64,000 nucleotides of DNA from Octopus sinensis (lineage: Eukaryota), in contig NC_043008.1 in assembly GCF_006345805.1 (NCBI RefSeq), positions 7,998,001 to 8,062,000 on the forward strand, given 5' to 3'. How positions within the stretch are numbered: the first letter of the stretch is position 1; every line of letters starts with the position of its first letter. The translations under genes and the position numbers were made by a program. The notes beneath the pieces are model-generated. The model saw only the letters and a program-made list of their open reading frames with translations. It was not told where the DNA came from and did not search any database. Below are positions 37,858-53,499 of this stretch, piece after piece.

Positions 37858-39585
37858 AGAGAGAGAGAGAGGAAGAGAGATAAATAGCTACATAGATAGA
37901 TATTTAGAGAATGTTAGTTATGGACAGTTCATAGGGTTATAGTTCATAGTCCCTAAATCACTCAACTTAACACAAGTCACGTCAGACCCTAAGCCACCGG
38001 TATTTAGCGTATGCTGTGACGTGTGTAACGCTAAGCGTGTTATGGACTCAAAATCCTGGGTAAGCCTATGAGGCGGCCGTAAGTAACTTTCTGTAAACAC
38101 GCTACTGCTCCGTAACTTATAGTATGCTTCTCTTATATACATACAAATGAAATCAATTTTATATTATTGATATTTTAGGCTAAGAAGCGATAATTGTACA
38201 AGTTTCTATACTCTGATACGTAGTAAGTGCTGAAATACATAATCTGGAAATCATTTGTTTTATGAAATATATTTAAATATGTATCTGAAGCTACCTTTTC
38301 CTATATTTTTGTCTTCTGTTCCTTGACCGAGAATTTATGAGACAAATTGTATTTCACCGTTAGAGATGCAGACCTACACTTACTTTTGCGACTACATTAA
38401 GGTTTAACCGGCTTCCGTTTATCCCGTACTTATATGTTATGTTTGTATTTGGGATATCGGACTTAAAATGTGCCGAACATCTTGCGTACCCTGTGAATAT
38501 TTCTTTTCCGCTCTTGGTTTGGTGTATTTCGTGTGTAATCAGTTTTATCAGTTGCTTCTGAGATTTCTAGATATTTTTATTGCATCAGAGAAGATTATGA
38601 AAGGTTCTGTTATTTTGTAGCAGATTAGTTATCTCTAAGACTATAATATTGATAAGAGTATTAGAATCAATATAAGAGCAATACTAGTCTGTGTTGATAT
38701 ACAGAAAAATATCTAACGGGTATACTAAATAAGTTATTGTTGCTTACAGTTCAATTTGGTGTAATATCTTGGACGTTAATGTTTACGTTTGTCAGTAGAA
38801 GACATTCTCTATGAAGAGAAAGTCACATTTAATAAAAAATAGATGCTCTTCACAAACTCTAAGACATCACCGAACGGTATTAAAATCTGGTGCATTACAA
38901 TGACGATTCTTCTGTGGCATTTATCGCAAATTTATGTTAACAAAATAATCCAATCATAGCTGTCAACTGAAAGAAAATGCCTCTGAATTGACGAACATTA
39001 TAAACTAAAGATTATACAATCGTAGAAAAAGAATTTCACATTATAAAGGCCCCTCATAATTCTCAATACTACTAAAATGCTACGCCTTAACTATTAGAAA
39101 ATGTTTATACATTGATATGATTATTCATATAACTGCCTATCACCGCCGTTATCAGACAAAATTCAACTATGAATAACTCATACCTTTACACATTACCCAT
39201 CAGATTTTTCTACTTCCATAGATTAATATAAATACAAGGTAGGCAAATGCACATATTCATATAATTCTAACGTTTAGTAAATTTGATAGTCGTGAAATCT
39301 ACGATTAAAAGCAACTCCCTTGTGTTTGTCGATTGACAGACACTCAACCGCGTATAGACGTCTTCAGCAATAACGGTGCTATCGGAATATACAATTAATC
39401 GACAAACTTTCGTTAAATGAGTTGTATGCCAGAGAGGAAACAGAGATATACTTAGACATACTCAATAAATTCATACTTTTAAGGTATATGTTTATCTATA
39501 GCTTTCTCCACGATTATATAGGTGCTCATGAAATACGAAATATACGTACACAAACGTAGACATGTGCATATATCAATGTTTATAT

Positions 39586-39666
<81 letters not shown>

Positions 39667-39689
39667 AGTGTGTGTGTATGCATATATAA

Positions 39690-39727
<38 letters not shown>

Positions 39728-40083
39728 TATATATAATATATATATATACATAATGTATATATACGTTCGCGTATCTATCTTCAAGTACTCACAGACAGAA
39801 CTAAGTAGGTAGTTTCCTACCTATTAGTATGCACAGCTTAACCTGTATAATATATAACAATATATGAGAACAAAGGCAGCAGTATCCATTATAATAATTC
39901 AGTTTCATTTAAGCTTCACTCGCCTCTAGATAAACGCCTATAGCCTACAATAACACTTCCCGTAATAGTTCTGGTATTGAATCGCACCTCTCTCTTTTCT
40001 CTCTTTCTTATTTCTCTCTCACGTTCTATCTTGATGTATCCGTCTATCGCTCTCTTAGCATATATATATATACATACATATAT

Positions 40084-40151
<68 letters not shown>

Positions 40152-41004
40152 ACATACACAAACAAGCAGAAATACATTCATAGTGCGATGGCTAATAAAC
40201 AAACATAATCTATGAATTGATAAAAATAAAATAATGAAAGTATGTATGGCGACGTTAAAGAAAAAAACATGGGAAAACATTGAATGAAAGTAAAGGAAAG
40301 TACAATAAATTAAGAAAAACAACTTCAATATTAAATTGTGTTGTTTTTGTTTTTTTCGTATTTGCATATCATAATTAAGTGTGAGGTCATAAGAAATATT
40401 CAAAAAACAAGACAATCTAAAATAACCACATAAACCCATGCGCGCTTAATGATGTATTATACGGATTAGTTTCTGTTCAATATTCTTTGTTCTACCAAGA
40501 ATGCATATTGCATTCTATAAAGCACCACTATGCTATGAATTAAATTGTAGTAGTAGTAGTAGTAGTGAGCGTGTGAGTGAGGGTATGAGTGAGTGAGTGC
40601 AGGATAACGCGGATGTATGCCATTGTCGGAAGTTTCTGGTGATAAGCGAATGCAATAATGAAAATATATTTTCATTTTTGTTTTTGTTTATATTTCTAAA
40701 CGTAAGCGGTCTCGTGAAAAGCTTATTTCTTTAAAATATGGCATTGAGCATTTTTTTTTTTTTTTTGCTGATAACAACGTTGGTGACACAAAAAAGTTTA
40801 ATATAGGCAGACTAAACGCAAACACATGAGGATTTCAGAATATTTCCATTTTTCCATTTACATAGAATTTTCGATTAAACCCATCAAAGTGTGAAAAGAG
40901 AAAGCTTACACATAGGCAAATGAACACATTTACGCACACATTCATTCATCCATATATATGTGTGTATGTATATATATATATATATATTATATATATATAT
41001 AATA

Positions 41005-41064
<60 letters not shown>

Positions 41065-41404
41065 ATATACATATACATACCTACATACATACATATATAC
41101 ATATATATATATTTGCATGCTTCTGTCTCATTGGTGTTTGTATGTATAAGCCTATGTATGTATGTTTATATATACGCATATATACAAACACACACAAATG
41201 CAAAATCAAACACACATACACACACACACACATATATATATACAAACATACACATATATATGTATGCAAATATATATACAGATATGTATATGTATGTGTA
41301 CATATATATGCAAAAATATATATACATATATGTATATACATATGTGTATATACATACATATATATATGCAAATATATAAACATATATGTATATGCATATG
41401 TATG

Positions 41405-41454
<50 letters not shown>

Positions 41455-41822
41455 GTGTGTGTGTGTGTGTGTGTGTCGGCGCACGATAGGCACGAATTGA
41501 TTAGTGCTGAGATGACATAAAATACCTAAGATCCAGCATCAAACGATGGGCGACGCAATCCAGGTTAACGAACATTAGCCACCGGCTATACGAGAGCAGT
41601 GCAGCCATTGCAATTAAATAAATAACGGGTGGTTGTTAATGGCATCAAAGCATTTTTAATTTGGTGAAACAGATGTGAGTATAAGCATAATTAAGCAGAA
41701 ATCGAATGTAGCAATTCGTAGATAGAAGTGTATCCAGAGAGTTCGTACTCTAACATAAAGCCCCAATATGATAGAGGCAGTTTGTGTGTATTTGTGTGCG
41801 TGTGTATTGTACAAGAGAGAAT

Positions 41823-41856
<34 letters not shown>

Positions 41857-41969
41857 CAGAGAGAGAGAGGCGGAGAGAGAGAGAGGGGCAGAGAGAGAGA
41901 GCGAGAGAGTGAGAAGGAGAGAGAGGGAGGAAGTTAGAAGGGATGAAACGTTATAGTGAAAGTGGAGTG

Positions 41970-42333
41970 GTGGCACTTCGTCGGTTACGACGACGAGGGT
42001 TCCAGTTGATCCGATCAACGGAACAGCCTGCTCGTGAAATTAGCGTACGAGTGGCTGGGCACTCCACAGAAATGTAGTTCTCGGAGAGATTCAGCGTGAC
42101 ACATAATGTGACAAGGCTGGCCCTTTGAAATACAGATACAACAAAAACAGGAATAAAGGGTGTGAGAAAGTTGTTGTGAAAGATTACAGCGAGATTTTCC
42201 ACCACCACCACCCTCTGCCGGATCCACGTGGAGCTTTAGGCGTTTTCGCTCAATAATGCCCGGTCTTGGAATCGAAACCGCGATCCTACGACCGCGAGTC
42301 CGCTGTCCTAAGCACTGGGTCATTGTGATTCCA
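41970..42333 (-). mobile_element. tRNA-derived SINE S3
   Basis: Collinear with 51415-51799; boxes TGACCCAGTG and GGTTTCGATTCC. Confidence 0.88.
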
Positions 42334-42781
42334 CATACTGTAAGAATAAGAAGGCTCAAAATTAGGAGTGATATCAGACTAGTATTAGAAGAGAAGAATA
42401 TATAGAATAATAATCATAAACGTGAGAGAATGGGCACATTTGCATAAAACAGAGTGGGAGACGTAGGTGTAACTGCATTAGAAGTAACATAGTTGCCAGC
42501 CGTTCAAAAGATCAATAAGTTTACCAGAAGAGGGTTTGAACCTACGACGATGAGTGACAGAATGAAAAGATTTGTGGTGATTGGAACGGCCGACAAGTCT
42601 CCAGCTGAACGCAAGTATGCCTAAACGTCTGGCCAATGAATGCTAAATTCATCCATGCGTGCAGACGCGTGACGCTCCCAGCAACCTATAGAATGGAATG
42701 TAAAAGCAGTGAGAGGTAAAAGACGATCAAGATTGTAAGGTATGAGTAGTCAGTACAGGAGTACTGTTGTTACTTTCTATT

Positions 42782-42885
42782 CTAGGTACAAGGCTCGAAA
42801 TTTTGGGGGAGGGGGCCAGTCGATTAGATCGACCCCAACACGCAACAGGTACTTAATTTATCGACCCCGAAGGGTAGAAAGGCCA
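42782..42885 (-). mobile_element. S1 SINE 3' half
   Basis: ggtacttaatttatcgaccccgaagggtagaaagg. Confidence 0.75.
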
Positions 42886-42960
42886 AAAACAAAACAAAAA
42901 AACAACTCAAATTTAAAATCATATTATCACATAATCATTGAAATAAAGTCTAAATGGTAT

Positions 42961-43166
42961 CTCTTTTATCTCTTTTACTTGTTTCAGTCATTTGACTGCG
43001 GCCATGCTGGAGCACCGCCTTTAGTCGAGCAAATCGACCCCAGCGATTATTATTTGTAATAATATAAGTCTCTTTGCCGAACCACTAAGTTACGAGGACG
43101 TAAACACACCGGCATCGGTTGTCAAGCGATGTTGGGGTACAAACACAGACACACACACACTCACAT

Positions 43167-43259
<93 letters not shown>

Positions 43260-43420
43260 TACCACGGGCTTCTTTCTGTTTCCGTCTACCAAATCTACTC
43301 ACAAGGCTTCGGTCGGCACGAGGCTATAATAGAAGACACTTGCCCAAGGTGCCGCGCAGGGGGACTGAACCCGGAACCATGTGGTTCGTAAGCAAGCTAC
43401 ATACCACACAGCCACTCCTA
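42961..43420 (-). mobile_element. CORE-type tRNA-derived SINE S2, full length with internal (TA)n(CA)n
   Basis: Head ggagtggctgtgtggt...gggttcagtccc, CORE-like ccttgggcaagtgtctt, tail ggcggtgctccagcatggccgcagtc. Collinear with 55208-55659. Confidence 0.88.
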
Positions 43421-43726
43421 CGTCTAAACAATTATAGTTATAAGGTCCACTTTGGTTTGCAGTGAGACGAATAGGTGTATGCAGGATGTTTGTGATTACT
43501 ACATGCCTACCTGTAAATGTTGCATGTACACGATTTGCTCTAATGAACATTCCAGGTTATCAACACACGAAGAGATTTGGAATCTACAAGACAGACGTAG
43601 CATTAATGAAGTGGCGAATGGTGACGAAATATCTTCGGCACCCTGTTTGATTGATCGAATGATTGATCAAGCAAGAGTGTAGTTTATTGACCAATAAACT
43701 GATCGATTGTTTGGTTAATCTTGATA

Positions 43727-44054
<328 letters not shown>

Positions 44055-46888
44055 GCCTTTATGTTTGTAATTTACAAAACGTGTTTAAACCCAATTTTCA
44101 AATAAATGAACACAAAAAAAACTAATGTCATACACGGCAGATTATCAAAAGTATCGTAGGTTAGTTTCACGTTATGATAGAAGGCATCAGTCCCAGCCTT
44201 TCTTTGAACTCTAGCAAATCCGTCGCAAGAAGCTCAACCTCACAAATATCACGGAAATTAAAGCGCACATACATCAAAGAGAAAATTCCCATAGGTATCA
44301 GCCTACAGAATGGAAGAAAAGAGATTCCATTACGTGAAATAAGATTTGACCTCACAACATCTGAGAAGACACACTAATAGAAAGGAGTATCTGAGAATAA
44401 ATAATAACCTGGAAATGATAATTCCAAAAGAAACTAAAACACTAAAAGAAAATGCTACTACAATAACAATAATTTCAACACCACGAATAATTACCGACTA
44501 GATAAAAAGGGCCATGTCCAAAGAATAATAATGGAAGTTCTATGACAAGAGAGCACACTATCAAGGACATTTAGTTTAGACAAACCAACAAGACCGATGC
44601 GATGCATGATATTGTACAACGAGACCAAGATGATATATCGGTCTTTAAATTATCGCCAAAATGTGTAGCATTAAAGAAAGTTACTGATATATCCTGAGAA
44701 AATATCCTTACTAACATTATCAGGAAATCAGGAAAATAGTAATTAATCAACAAGAAATAATACTCACAGCCAACGACAGTATTACAAAAACAATAGAAAT
44801 ATGACCTCAATCACGAAAAAAGAAAAGGAAGTTCCACTATAGTAATTATAATGAAAACGCCATCCATTCAGATACAAATTTAAACAATAATAACAGCAAA
44901 AGTAATTATGGCAATTACAGTAACAACAATAGTAACAAAAAATGAGAAAAACACTACACCCATCTCTTGTAACAGAAGTAACAGGCAAAGGTAATCTTTG
45001 GCTTAACTAGATCACGGCATTAATCCCTTCATAAGAGACTCTAATAGAAATGATGATGATGATGGCGTTTAATAAATTCTTCAGGTTCATTCGCTACATT
45101 TGACATACTATATACAGCAGCGAGCGACCTCACAACTTTCGTACCCATAGGTTATCTCACCCATTAAACACGACGTGATTGATGTCGCTGCATTCTCAAA
45201 TGTTACTGACCTCGGACAACCTCACAGCAATACACAGTATTTTTTACCGCTTCAAACATATACAACATTACTTCTTTTTGCTACTTTGCGACCGAATGTC
45301 ACCCATGGAATCCATAACATTTTCTTCTAGCGAGTGTTTTCAAATTACCTCAAAAACTCTTCATTCTTGATTTCGTCCATCAAATATAAAATGCCCATAA
45401 CTGCGTCTAAGAATCTTCAAATAACTTGGAACGGAATCAGCCTGTTATTAAAAATGTGCATGTATGTACAAATATGTATATTTATTATTTTACAGCATGT
45501 TCTGCATGTGCACCTCTCTTGATATATAAATGGAGGGCTTATGCATTTCGAATATTCTGTCTATTGAATAAACTTGAAATTTAATAAGCGGTATGATTGC
45601 GCCCACGAAATCATAAACAACCCTGGTGCATACCGTGTTCAAAGACATGTTAGATAACGATTCTGATAAACTGCATTTGTGGTTTTGATGTAGATTTTTT
45701 TCATATTTGATTACAAATGATTCTGTAAGGAAAACGGCGTGTATAATTATTCGTGGCAAATAGCTTTCACAGCATCCATAGAAAGTTAATTAATCTGTTA
45801 TGTTATTTACAAATATTCTTTGCTTTTATTTCTAATAATGAAATAATTGTTAATTTGCTCTAGACCAAAATATTCGCATGTGATAAATTGTCTATTTATT
45901 CTGATTAGAACTGTCGAAGCTAGGAAATTATAATTAATCTGAGTAGCTCGGAGGAGTGATAGAAAGACTACAGCTGCGGAGGAAATGTATTTCACGTATT
46001 CATATTCAGCCGTTTACTGTTATTTTTAATGTGTCTAAAGTGAATGAATTATGTCGTCGCAATTCTCTTGTGTCTGTTTAATTGACTTTCTTCTCCCCAC
46101 CGTACAGTTTTAGCTCCGAGGCAATAAAATAAATTTAGTATATAGATGATTATATACAAATACCATATTAGATGCAGTAGTTGATATGAGCTTTACAGTC
46201 TCACATTTTAAATGTATATTCACTACTTTTAAATTTCGCATGCTATTCTTGTGATGAGATTCTGTCACCATTGTCTGTATTGAAAACGTTTCAACTCAAC
46301 TAAGTGTCATCTCAAAAGTACTGGTGAACTTGCTTCACTATAAGTAAGTACATTTTCACTAACACGAAATATACTTCTCTAAGGCAACAAATGGGCTCAA
46401 TACAAAGACATTCAAATGTTCATCACATTATTAAACTGCCGACATTTTAGGTTATTCCAATAGTAAATAGCATTCATAACCGTGCAAATGTCTACTGCTG
46501 TCTATAATTAACTTTCATCTAAAGTATTAGTGTATAAATAAGACCTCATGATTATAGTTCATAAAATGAAGGTAATATCGATGGAATATCACATGATAAG
46601 ATAAAAAAAAACTTTTGAAATGTCCATATGTGTTTGTTACATAATTAATTCTTAAACATTTTTCAGGCATTTTATTTTTCTCAAAATCATTCAGTGCAGA
46701 CATTTTGTGAGTACCAAGTGCACAGTCTATAATAACCGAAATATCAGCTCAAACTGTGATATTTGTGAAGTATTTTGCGAAGACTAAATATATATCCACT
46801 GCATAGTTATAGATTTATAAACAGCAATCGATAATGTTTGAAACTAAAAAAAATTCAGTGTGCGCTGAGAATTGTATGTGATTATTAG

Positions 46889-48521
46889 CTAATCCAATTT
46901 TACATGAAATACTGTACCGCGTTTACGTTTCGTTGGCTTAACCGGACTTAGTTTTATATACGATGAAAGCGAAGAAGGATATATGAAATCAAGAAACAGA
47001 AATTTTAATTCCACGCTTTGAAATCATATTGCACGTTATAAAGTTTCTTATACGTGCTGGTCTATGAAATGACTAACAAAAAACAAAATGTGAATTATTG
47101 TTTCGATGGAACAATTTCTAATACCATTGGCAATTGGAACAAAAGAAAACTGTTTCGAATCAAAATCCTAAAAGGACACTAAATAGTTCAGCATGGATCA
47201 CACTGAACATTCTGCACCAAGCCTCTCCTTTGTAAATATTGATACTAAGGTATGCCTCTAAAAATATATCATACCTGAAGAGGTAATATAGAGCTAACAA
47301 TATCTCATAATCCTCCGTTTAAACAGTTATCGAATTATTAAAATTATATTACCAAATTTAACGCTTACCTGAGATGATGGTTTGATATAGGTACCAAATT
47401 CATCACCGACTTTATAGAGGACTTATGCTACAATGTTAGCGAAGATAAGCAAATATCTGTGCGTTTCTCAAATGACTATAATTTACGACCAGTTCGTAAT
47501 TTCATATTCTACCGCCTTACATACAGGATACATTTAAGTACGTAATCGTGTCCAAACAAAATCTGTGAAAAACTCAGTATGATCTGTACTGCAATAAATT
47601 TTATCAGTTGTATTCACAAATTCTACTGATTTGATGCTAAACAACAACAGCGGATATTAGAGCATTCGCTATGCACATCGTCAGAACTTTCTCCCAATGG
47701 CCTTATCTTACTGCATATACTAAATTTATGACGCAGTATGCATTAAAGGTAACAAGAGGTAATTATGCAGAGACACAAGAATGTTATTCAATTATTTATG
47801 TGTTAATTACATCGGAAATTACGCTGGATTGTCTCCCGAAATATTTCAATCTTAATACATCTCGTGGGCAAACGCTATTACGGTCTTTGCGATGAGAGAA
47901 TCACAGAATAGGTGAAATTATATACTGTAAGTGGAAACATACAATAGATTTAAAATGATGTTAATGTTTCTAATATTGGTTTCAAACTGTGGGAAGGAGG
48001 CTAGCGATTTTGTTGAACGAGGCTAGTGAAAACTATAGCTTATTAGACAATAAATTTTAGAGACTCCGAAATGATGAAAGACAAAATCGACATCAGAGGA
48101 ATTTGAAGTCAGAATGTAAAGAAGAACGAAATGCAGCTAAGCTTGCTCACAATTCTGCCAGTTCGCCACCAAATTAATGTTTCTAATATTGGACACAGAA
48201 TTATTGCTGTTACCAATCGAGAAAAATCTCGTCAACGAAGAACTGCTCAAATAGAGATTGATATCAAACTTTACATATTAGGTGTTGATACACCTAATAT
48301 GTACTTAGGGGACATTAAAGTTACGAGATTCAAATGGTCTATGTTTTAGTTTCAGGTCCGCTAACACACATGTTACTCACTGACTTATTCACTTGTTGAA
48401 TCACAGAGGCTGGATTGTTACCTAATCCAATTTTACATGAAGTACTGTACCGCGCTTAAATTTCGCTGGCGTAACCGTACCTAGTTTTATATACAATGAA
48501 AGCGAAGTAAGGTATATGAAA
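46889..48521 (+). repeat. Pair of ~100-bp direct repeats (46889-46988 and 48422-48521)
   Basis: ctaatccaattttacatgaa.tactgtaccgcg...tagttttatatac.atgaaagcgaag...tatatgaaa; roughly 85% identical by eye. Confidence 0.9.
47975..48170 (-). mobile_element. Old S1 SINE
   Basis: attggtttcaaa tail...gaatttgaagtcagaatgtaaag...ttctgccagttcgccacc. Confidence 0.65.
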
Positions 48522-50777
48522 CACAGTTTGGAGCCTCATAACGGATCCCTCTAATCGAGAGACATTCAGACTCCTTTCTAAGTGTCACTATGTCATACAT
48601 CCATTTGGGAATGAAAACGAAGACTGTTTATCTGAAAAGAAAGGATGAACGTCATAAAACTTGAATTTAACGCAAGGACAACAGAAGAAATATTAAGCTT
48701 CCTCCTCGTGACTGGATACAATAATAATGCAATTATAGCACCGCCTATGTCTTAACAACACTGACATTATCTTATCTCACCATAGATCAGAGGAGAGAAA
48801 TCGTCAATGTTGGTGCACATGTATAATCAGGGAATCGTTGAACGACATGGTAGACGGTCGGCCTAAAATCTTACTTCCATGGGACATGCCAACGAAATCT
48901 CATTCATACGAAGCACAGAAATAAAATGAAGCCACATGGGAGATTGTCACAACTTAGGAATCGTGAGTGGATAAAATATATTCTTCCTGAAGTTCGCCTC
49001 TATATGGGACTTCTCCGGAAAAATATTTAAGACGAGATGACAAGAATCAGAGCCATACAGTTCTGTATCAAAAATATTTTCCGCTGTTCACAGCAAAATT
49101 TTATGCTGATTCTTAGAAATTTTTATTGCGTAAGCAAACTACCAGTATCACACAGATATACACACCACAGGTTTTCGAAGGGCAGCTCACGGATTTTATT
49201 TCTGTACCACATATTTCGCATCTTTGACCACACTGTTATGCAAGTACGTGGAAAGAGAGGTTGTATTGATTATTATCTAGTTACTTGAAGGTAACAGTTT
49301 CATAGACAGGTGGCTGGAGGTCAACAACAGGATCTGATGTATGATGACCTTTAAACTACATCGTATGAAAGATTGAATTTTGTAGCGTAGTAAAACAAAT
49401 CGCAATTCCAGTGAAGACTTTGGTTGAACAAGTGGGAAATGTGCACAGGTTTTGCCGCTCAGAAATGGTGGTTCAAACGTCTTCCAAGTTCGACTTACCT
49501 CATTGTTGTCTTATATGTATGGGAAGGAAAGGAAAAATGATTTTTCTTCCGTGTTGACACCTGGCACCTCTATATTCTTTAAAATGCATCGAACGCTCAG
49601 GAAATGAAAGAACAGAAATGCAATAATATACAATGTTTTGCTACCTCACATTTGGTAATGTACGTGAGTTTCTTGTATTGTGTAGAAACATCGAACTTTC
49701 CTAAATATACCTGGTGACTGAGAATTTTAAAGGGTAACTTTTCGTGGTATTAAACAATTTTTGAATATTCATGTTTAGAATATGCGTTGGTTTCTTCTCA
49801 TATATAAATATAAACACAAAATTATACATGTGTGTTGTCTTTTTAAAGTGTATTGGCATATACACATATATGCACATATATTTATACATATGTATATGTG
49901 GAGAGAGAGAGAGAGAGAGAAAAAGACAGCGGAGAGAATAAGTAGCATTTAAATGTACACATGGTATTGAAGGAAAATAGGCAGAGGGACATTTTCAAGA
50001 AAGTGATCGTATTTCAATACAAATCATGAGAATTGTTATTTCTACGAAAACATATATTTCAAATTCCCTTTTCATAGAATGTCATACACGTTGATTTGAT
50101 TTCTGATAGGGTTCACTTATGCATATTCCGCTTTAGAAATGGCACGATGAAACTGTGTTGAACATACGGTTTTCTGAAATCAAATCTATTACCATGGAAA
50201 TACCTTGTTTGTTTGCCTGAACAATAACTATCTGAATCAATTCAATAACTTTTAACGAATAAATAAACCTATGTTGCTTATAACGAACATACACTCTCTA
50301 TATAAATAAGATGGATAACTTTGGCGTGACAATAAAGCTATTTAGTGCTTCGCTTGAACTACAAACATAAAGCCATTACCAAATAACTGAAAACACCAAT
50401 CGATAATCATTGAATATATTCAGTCAGTATTGAATAATAACATTGACATCATCATCATCATTGGTTGATTTACGTGATGGGAAGTAATTCGTAAATGGAG
50501 TCTATAAATTATGCCATATCGTATAATGTAACTATTAATTACATAGTATTGGGAGACTCATACATAATGGGGGTCATGTCGCACTAGTGTAAGAAATGAA
50601 TAGAATATATATGTAGTGGAAAATTATGTTTGGATATCGTACAAATAACTCATTTAATGTATCTCTTAACTTCTCTAACGTTACATTGGCCTATGCATCA
50701 GAAATATTTAAATTGTCTCAATACAGAATTTTACACTTTTAAAAAGATAAGATTTGTGCATTGATATACACTTTTAC

Positions 50778-50905
50778 TATCTTACTCTTTTATTTGTTTC
50801 AGTCACTTGATAGTGGCCATGCTGGAGTACCTCCTTTAGTCGAACAAATCGACCCCAAGACTTATTCTTTGTAAGCCTAGTATTCATTCTATCGGTTTCT
50901 TTTGC

Positions 50906-50908
<3 letters not shown>
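50778..50908 (-). mobile_element. S2 SINE 3' half
   Basis: tgtttcagtca...ggccatgctggag...gtcgaacaaatcgacccca...tttgccga; broken at the internal (TA)n. Confidence 0.8.
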
Positions 50909-50949
<41 letters not shown>

Positions 50950-51414
50950 TTGACACTTTACAGATACGCAAACAAAAAGAGAAAACAGTTGTTTAAGAAA
51001 TCGTACTAAGGGATTAGACGAGATCATCGGGCCTACACGATGAAATTTAGGCCTCCCGAATAATAATTTACAGCATAATATTAAATACACGTGCAAAATG
51101 AAACGGACAGGTGTTTGATATAATATATAAATTAGTTAAACATATATAGATTGAAAATCTGATGATCTTCGAACATTTTCCCAAACTTACATATAATGAT
51201 GCAATTAAAATCTAAACGTGCATGTTCATCAAAATAAAAGCAAATGTGTAATCCGATTCCTCTTCTACGTATTTAATTTTATATGCATGGTATCTGACCG
51301 GAAAATGCTGTTATTTTATTATGTAAACTAAGTGAAATATAGCTACTCGTTTTCGTGTCTCTAAATGAGTTGTGAACAGGACAAAATGTAATTTTGGTAC
51401 TTAGATACGTTCTT

Positions 51415-51799
51415 ATGGAAGCACTCCGTCGGTTGCGACGACGAGAGTTCCGGTTGATCCGAATCAACGGAACAGCCTGCTCGTGAAATTAACGTGTAAT
51501 TGGCTGAGCACTTCACAGACACGTGTACCCTTAACGTAGTTCTCGGGGATATTCAGCGTGACACAGAGAGTGACAAGGCCGGCCCTTTGAAATATAGATA
51601 CAACAGAAACAGGAAGTAAGAGTGAGAGAAAGTTGTGGTGAAAGAGTACAGCAGGGATCACCACCATCCCCTGCCGGAGCCTCGTGGAGCTTTAGGTGTT
51701 TTCGCTCAATAAACACTCACAACGCCCGGTCTGGGAATCGAAACCGCAATCCTATGACCGCGAGTCCGCTGCCCTAACCACTGGGCCATTGCGCCTCCA
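51415..51799 (-). mobile_element. tRNA-derived SINE S3, best-preserved copy
   Basis: ggaggcgcaaTGGCCCAGTGGttagggcagcggactcgcggtc...GGTTTCGATTCCcag, with clear A and B boxes. Confidence 0.9.
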
Positions 51800-53202
51800 C
51801 TTATAAGTTCTTATACACTGTGCATGAATACATTCCTGGGATCAACCTTATCTTTTATAGTTAATATTCTTACACCCTGTATGGAAATCCCTTCTTTTAT
51901 GTCTGGCGAAAGATCATCATTTCACTTTACAAGTTAGCCATCATGACTTTAAAGTAACAATTTCATCGCAATTCCGAAGGGAATTACTTGAAATTTACAG
52001 AAACTTCTTCCTTTGTTAACATATTCATGTCGCGAAGACATTTATGAATTCGGTTTATGAAATACTAAATGAGACTCATGATTAAAGAATTCGTATATTA
52101 TATCCGGATAGTGAATTACCCACTGCTATAATCATGACGATACCGGTTTGACTTTGACTCTCTTTAACAAATCAAAATAATTTAAATCCTCTTAATTCTA
52201 CCTCAGTTCATCTAGTTGTATTTATTTATTGCTACTTTTCATAAAATAACCTATATTTGTTTTACGCTCAATGTGCATTTTCGCTTTTTTTTCTCCTTAC
52301 TTTCCCCATACCTTTTCCACATATGAGTGCTGCTTTTTGTTCCAACGTTGCAGGACTGCAATCTTGAAGATGAGATGTCATAAGCGGGTTGTTTCTTTTA
52401 CACTGACAGTGCCGTTTATTACCTATCAAATTGCATGTATATATATTATTATGTATGACTTTATGCATGTATGGAAAACTGCACGTTTATATGTGTGCAT
52501 CCTGGCATTGGTGAATGTGCGTGCATGTGTGTATGACCGTGTGCGTGTATGTATTTGTGCTTGTGGGTGTTTGTGTAAAATAGTTCCGATTTGTTCTTGT
52601 CCTTCTATATTTGCATTTACCGATCGGCAACGCTGTACAGATATTCAATAGTGTTATTCTGAAAAGAGAAATAAAACTTTAAATTGAGAAAACATTACAC
52701 CAGTTGAAGAACACTAACAGAAACAAAAAAAAAAAGAAAAAAAAAATTCTCCGAAGCAAAACACAACAGTAGAAGATATTTTTGCAACAAAGGAAAAACC
52801 TTATGATATATTGAAAGCTTTGATTACAAGCTGATATTATTATTCCAGTACAAAAATATCTATTAGTCGTCGAAAAATACCTGATGTTGTTGTTAAAGCA
52901 GTTAATATCGTCAAATGTGGTCATTTTGCTGTGTTTCTATTAATGCATCGATCGAGCGTATAAAACATAATGAAAGGACTAACATATATGTAATCACAGA
53001 ACGTGTTTCAAATATGATTATTGCATCTGTTATTTGAAGGGGAACTATCGCCATAACTGACAAAAGGATCCAAAGAATACGTTTTGACTGTTTATGTGCT
53101 TTTGGGGGATGTTCCTTGATTTATTGTTTTCTGATAAATTTATATCAATTATTACACACACACATGAGCGCACACACATACACACACACTTGTGTATATA
53201 TA

Positions 53203-53253
<51 letters not shown>

Positions 53254-53308
53254 TAGATATGTGTGTGTGTGTGTGTATATATATATAATATATATGTGTG
53301 TGTGTGTG

Positions 53309-53353
<45 letters not shown>

Positions 53354-53460
53354 GTATATATATCTGAAAATATACACACAGATGTATTTATAGAAGAATA
53401 TGCAAGTTTTCTATATATATATATGTATGTGTATGTGTTTTTGCGTGTATACATGTATAT

Positions 53461-53499
<39 letters not shown>

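Noticed and set aside
44055-45050. Possible decayed L2/CR1 3' end on the minus strand (WN..., EFKERLG)
   Set aside because: Motif matches are too short to assign.
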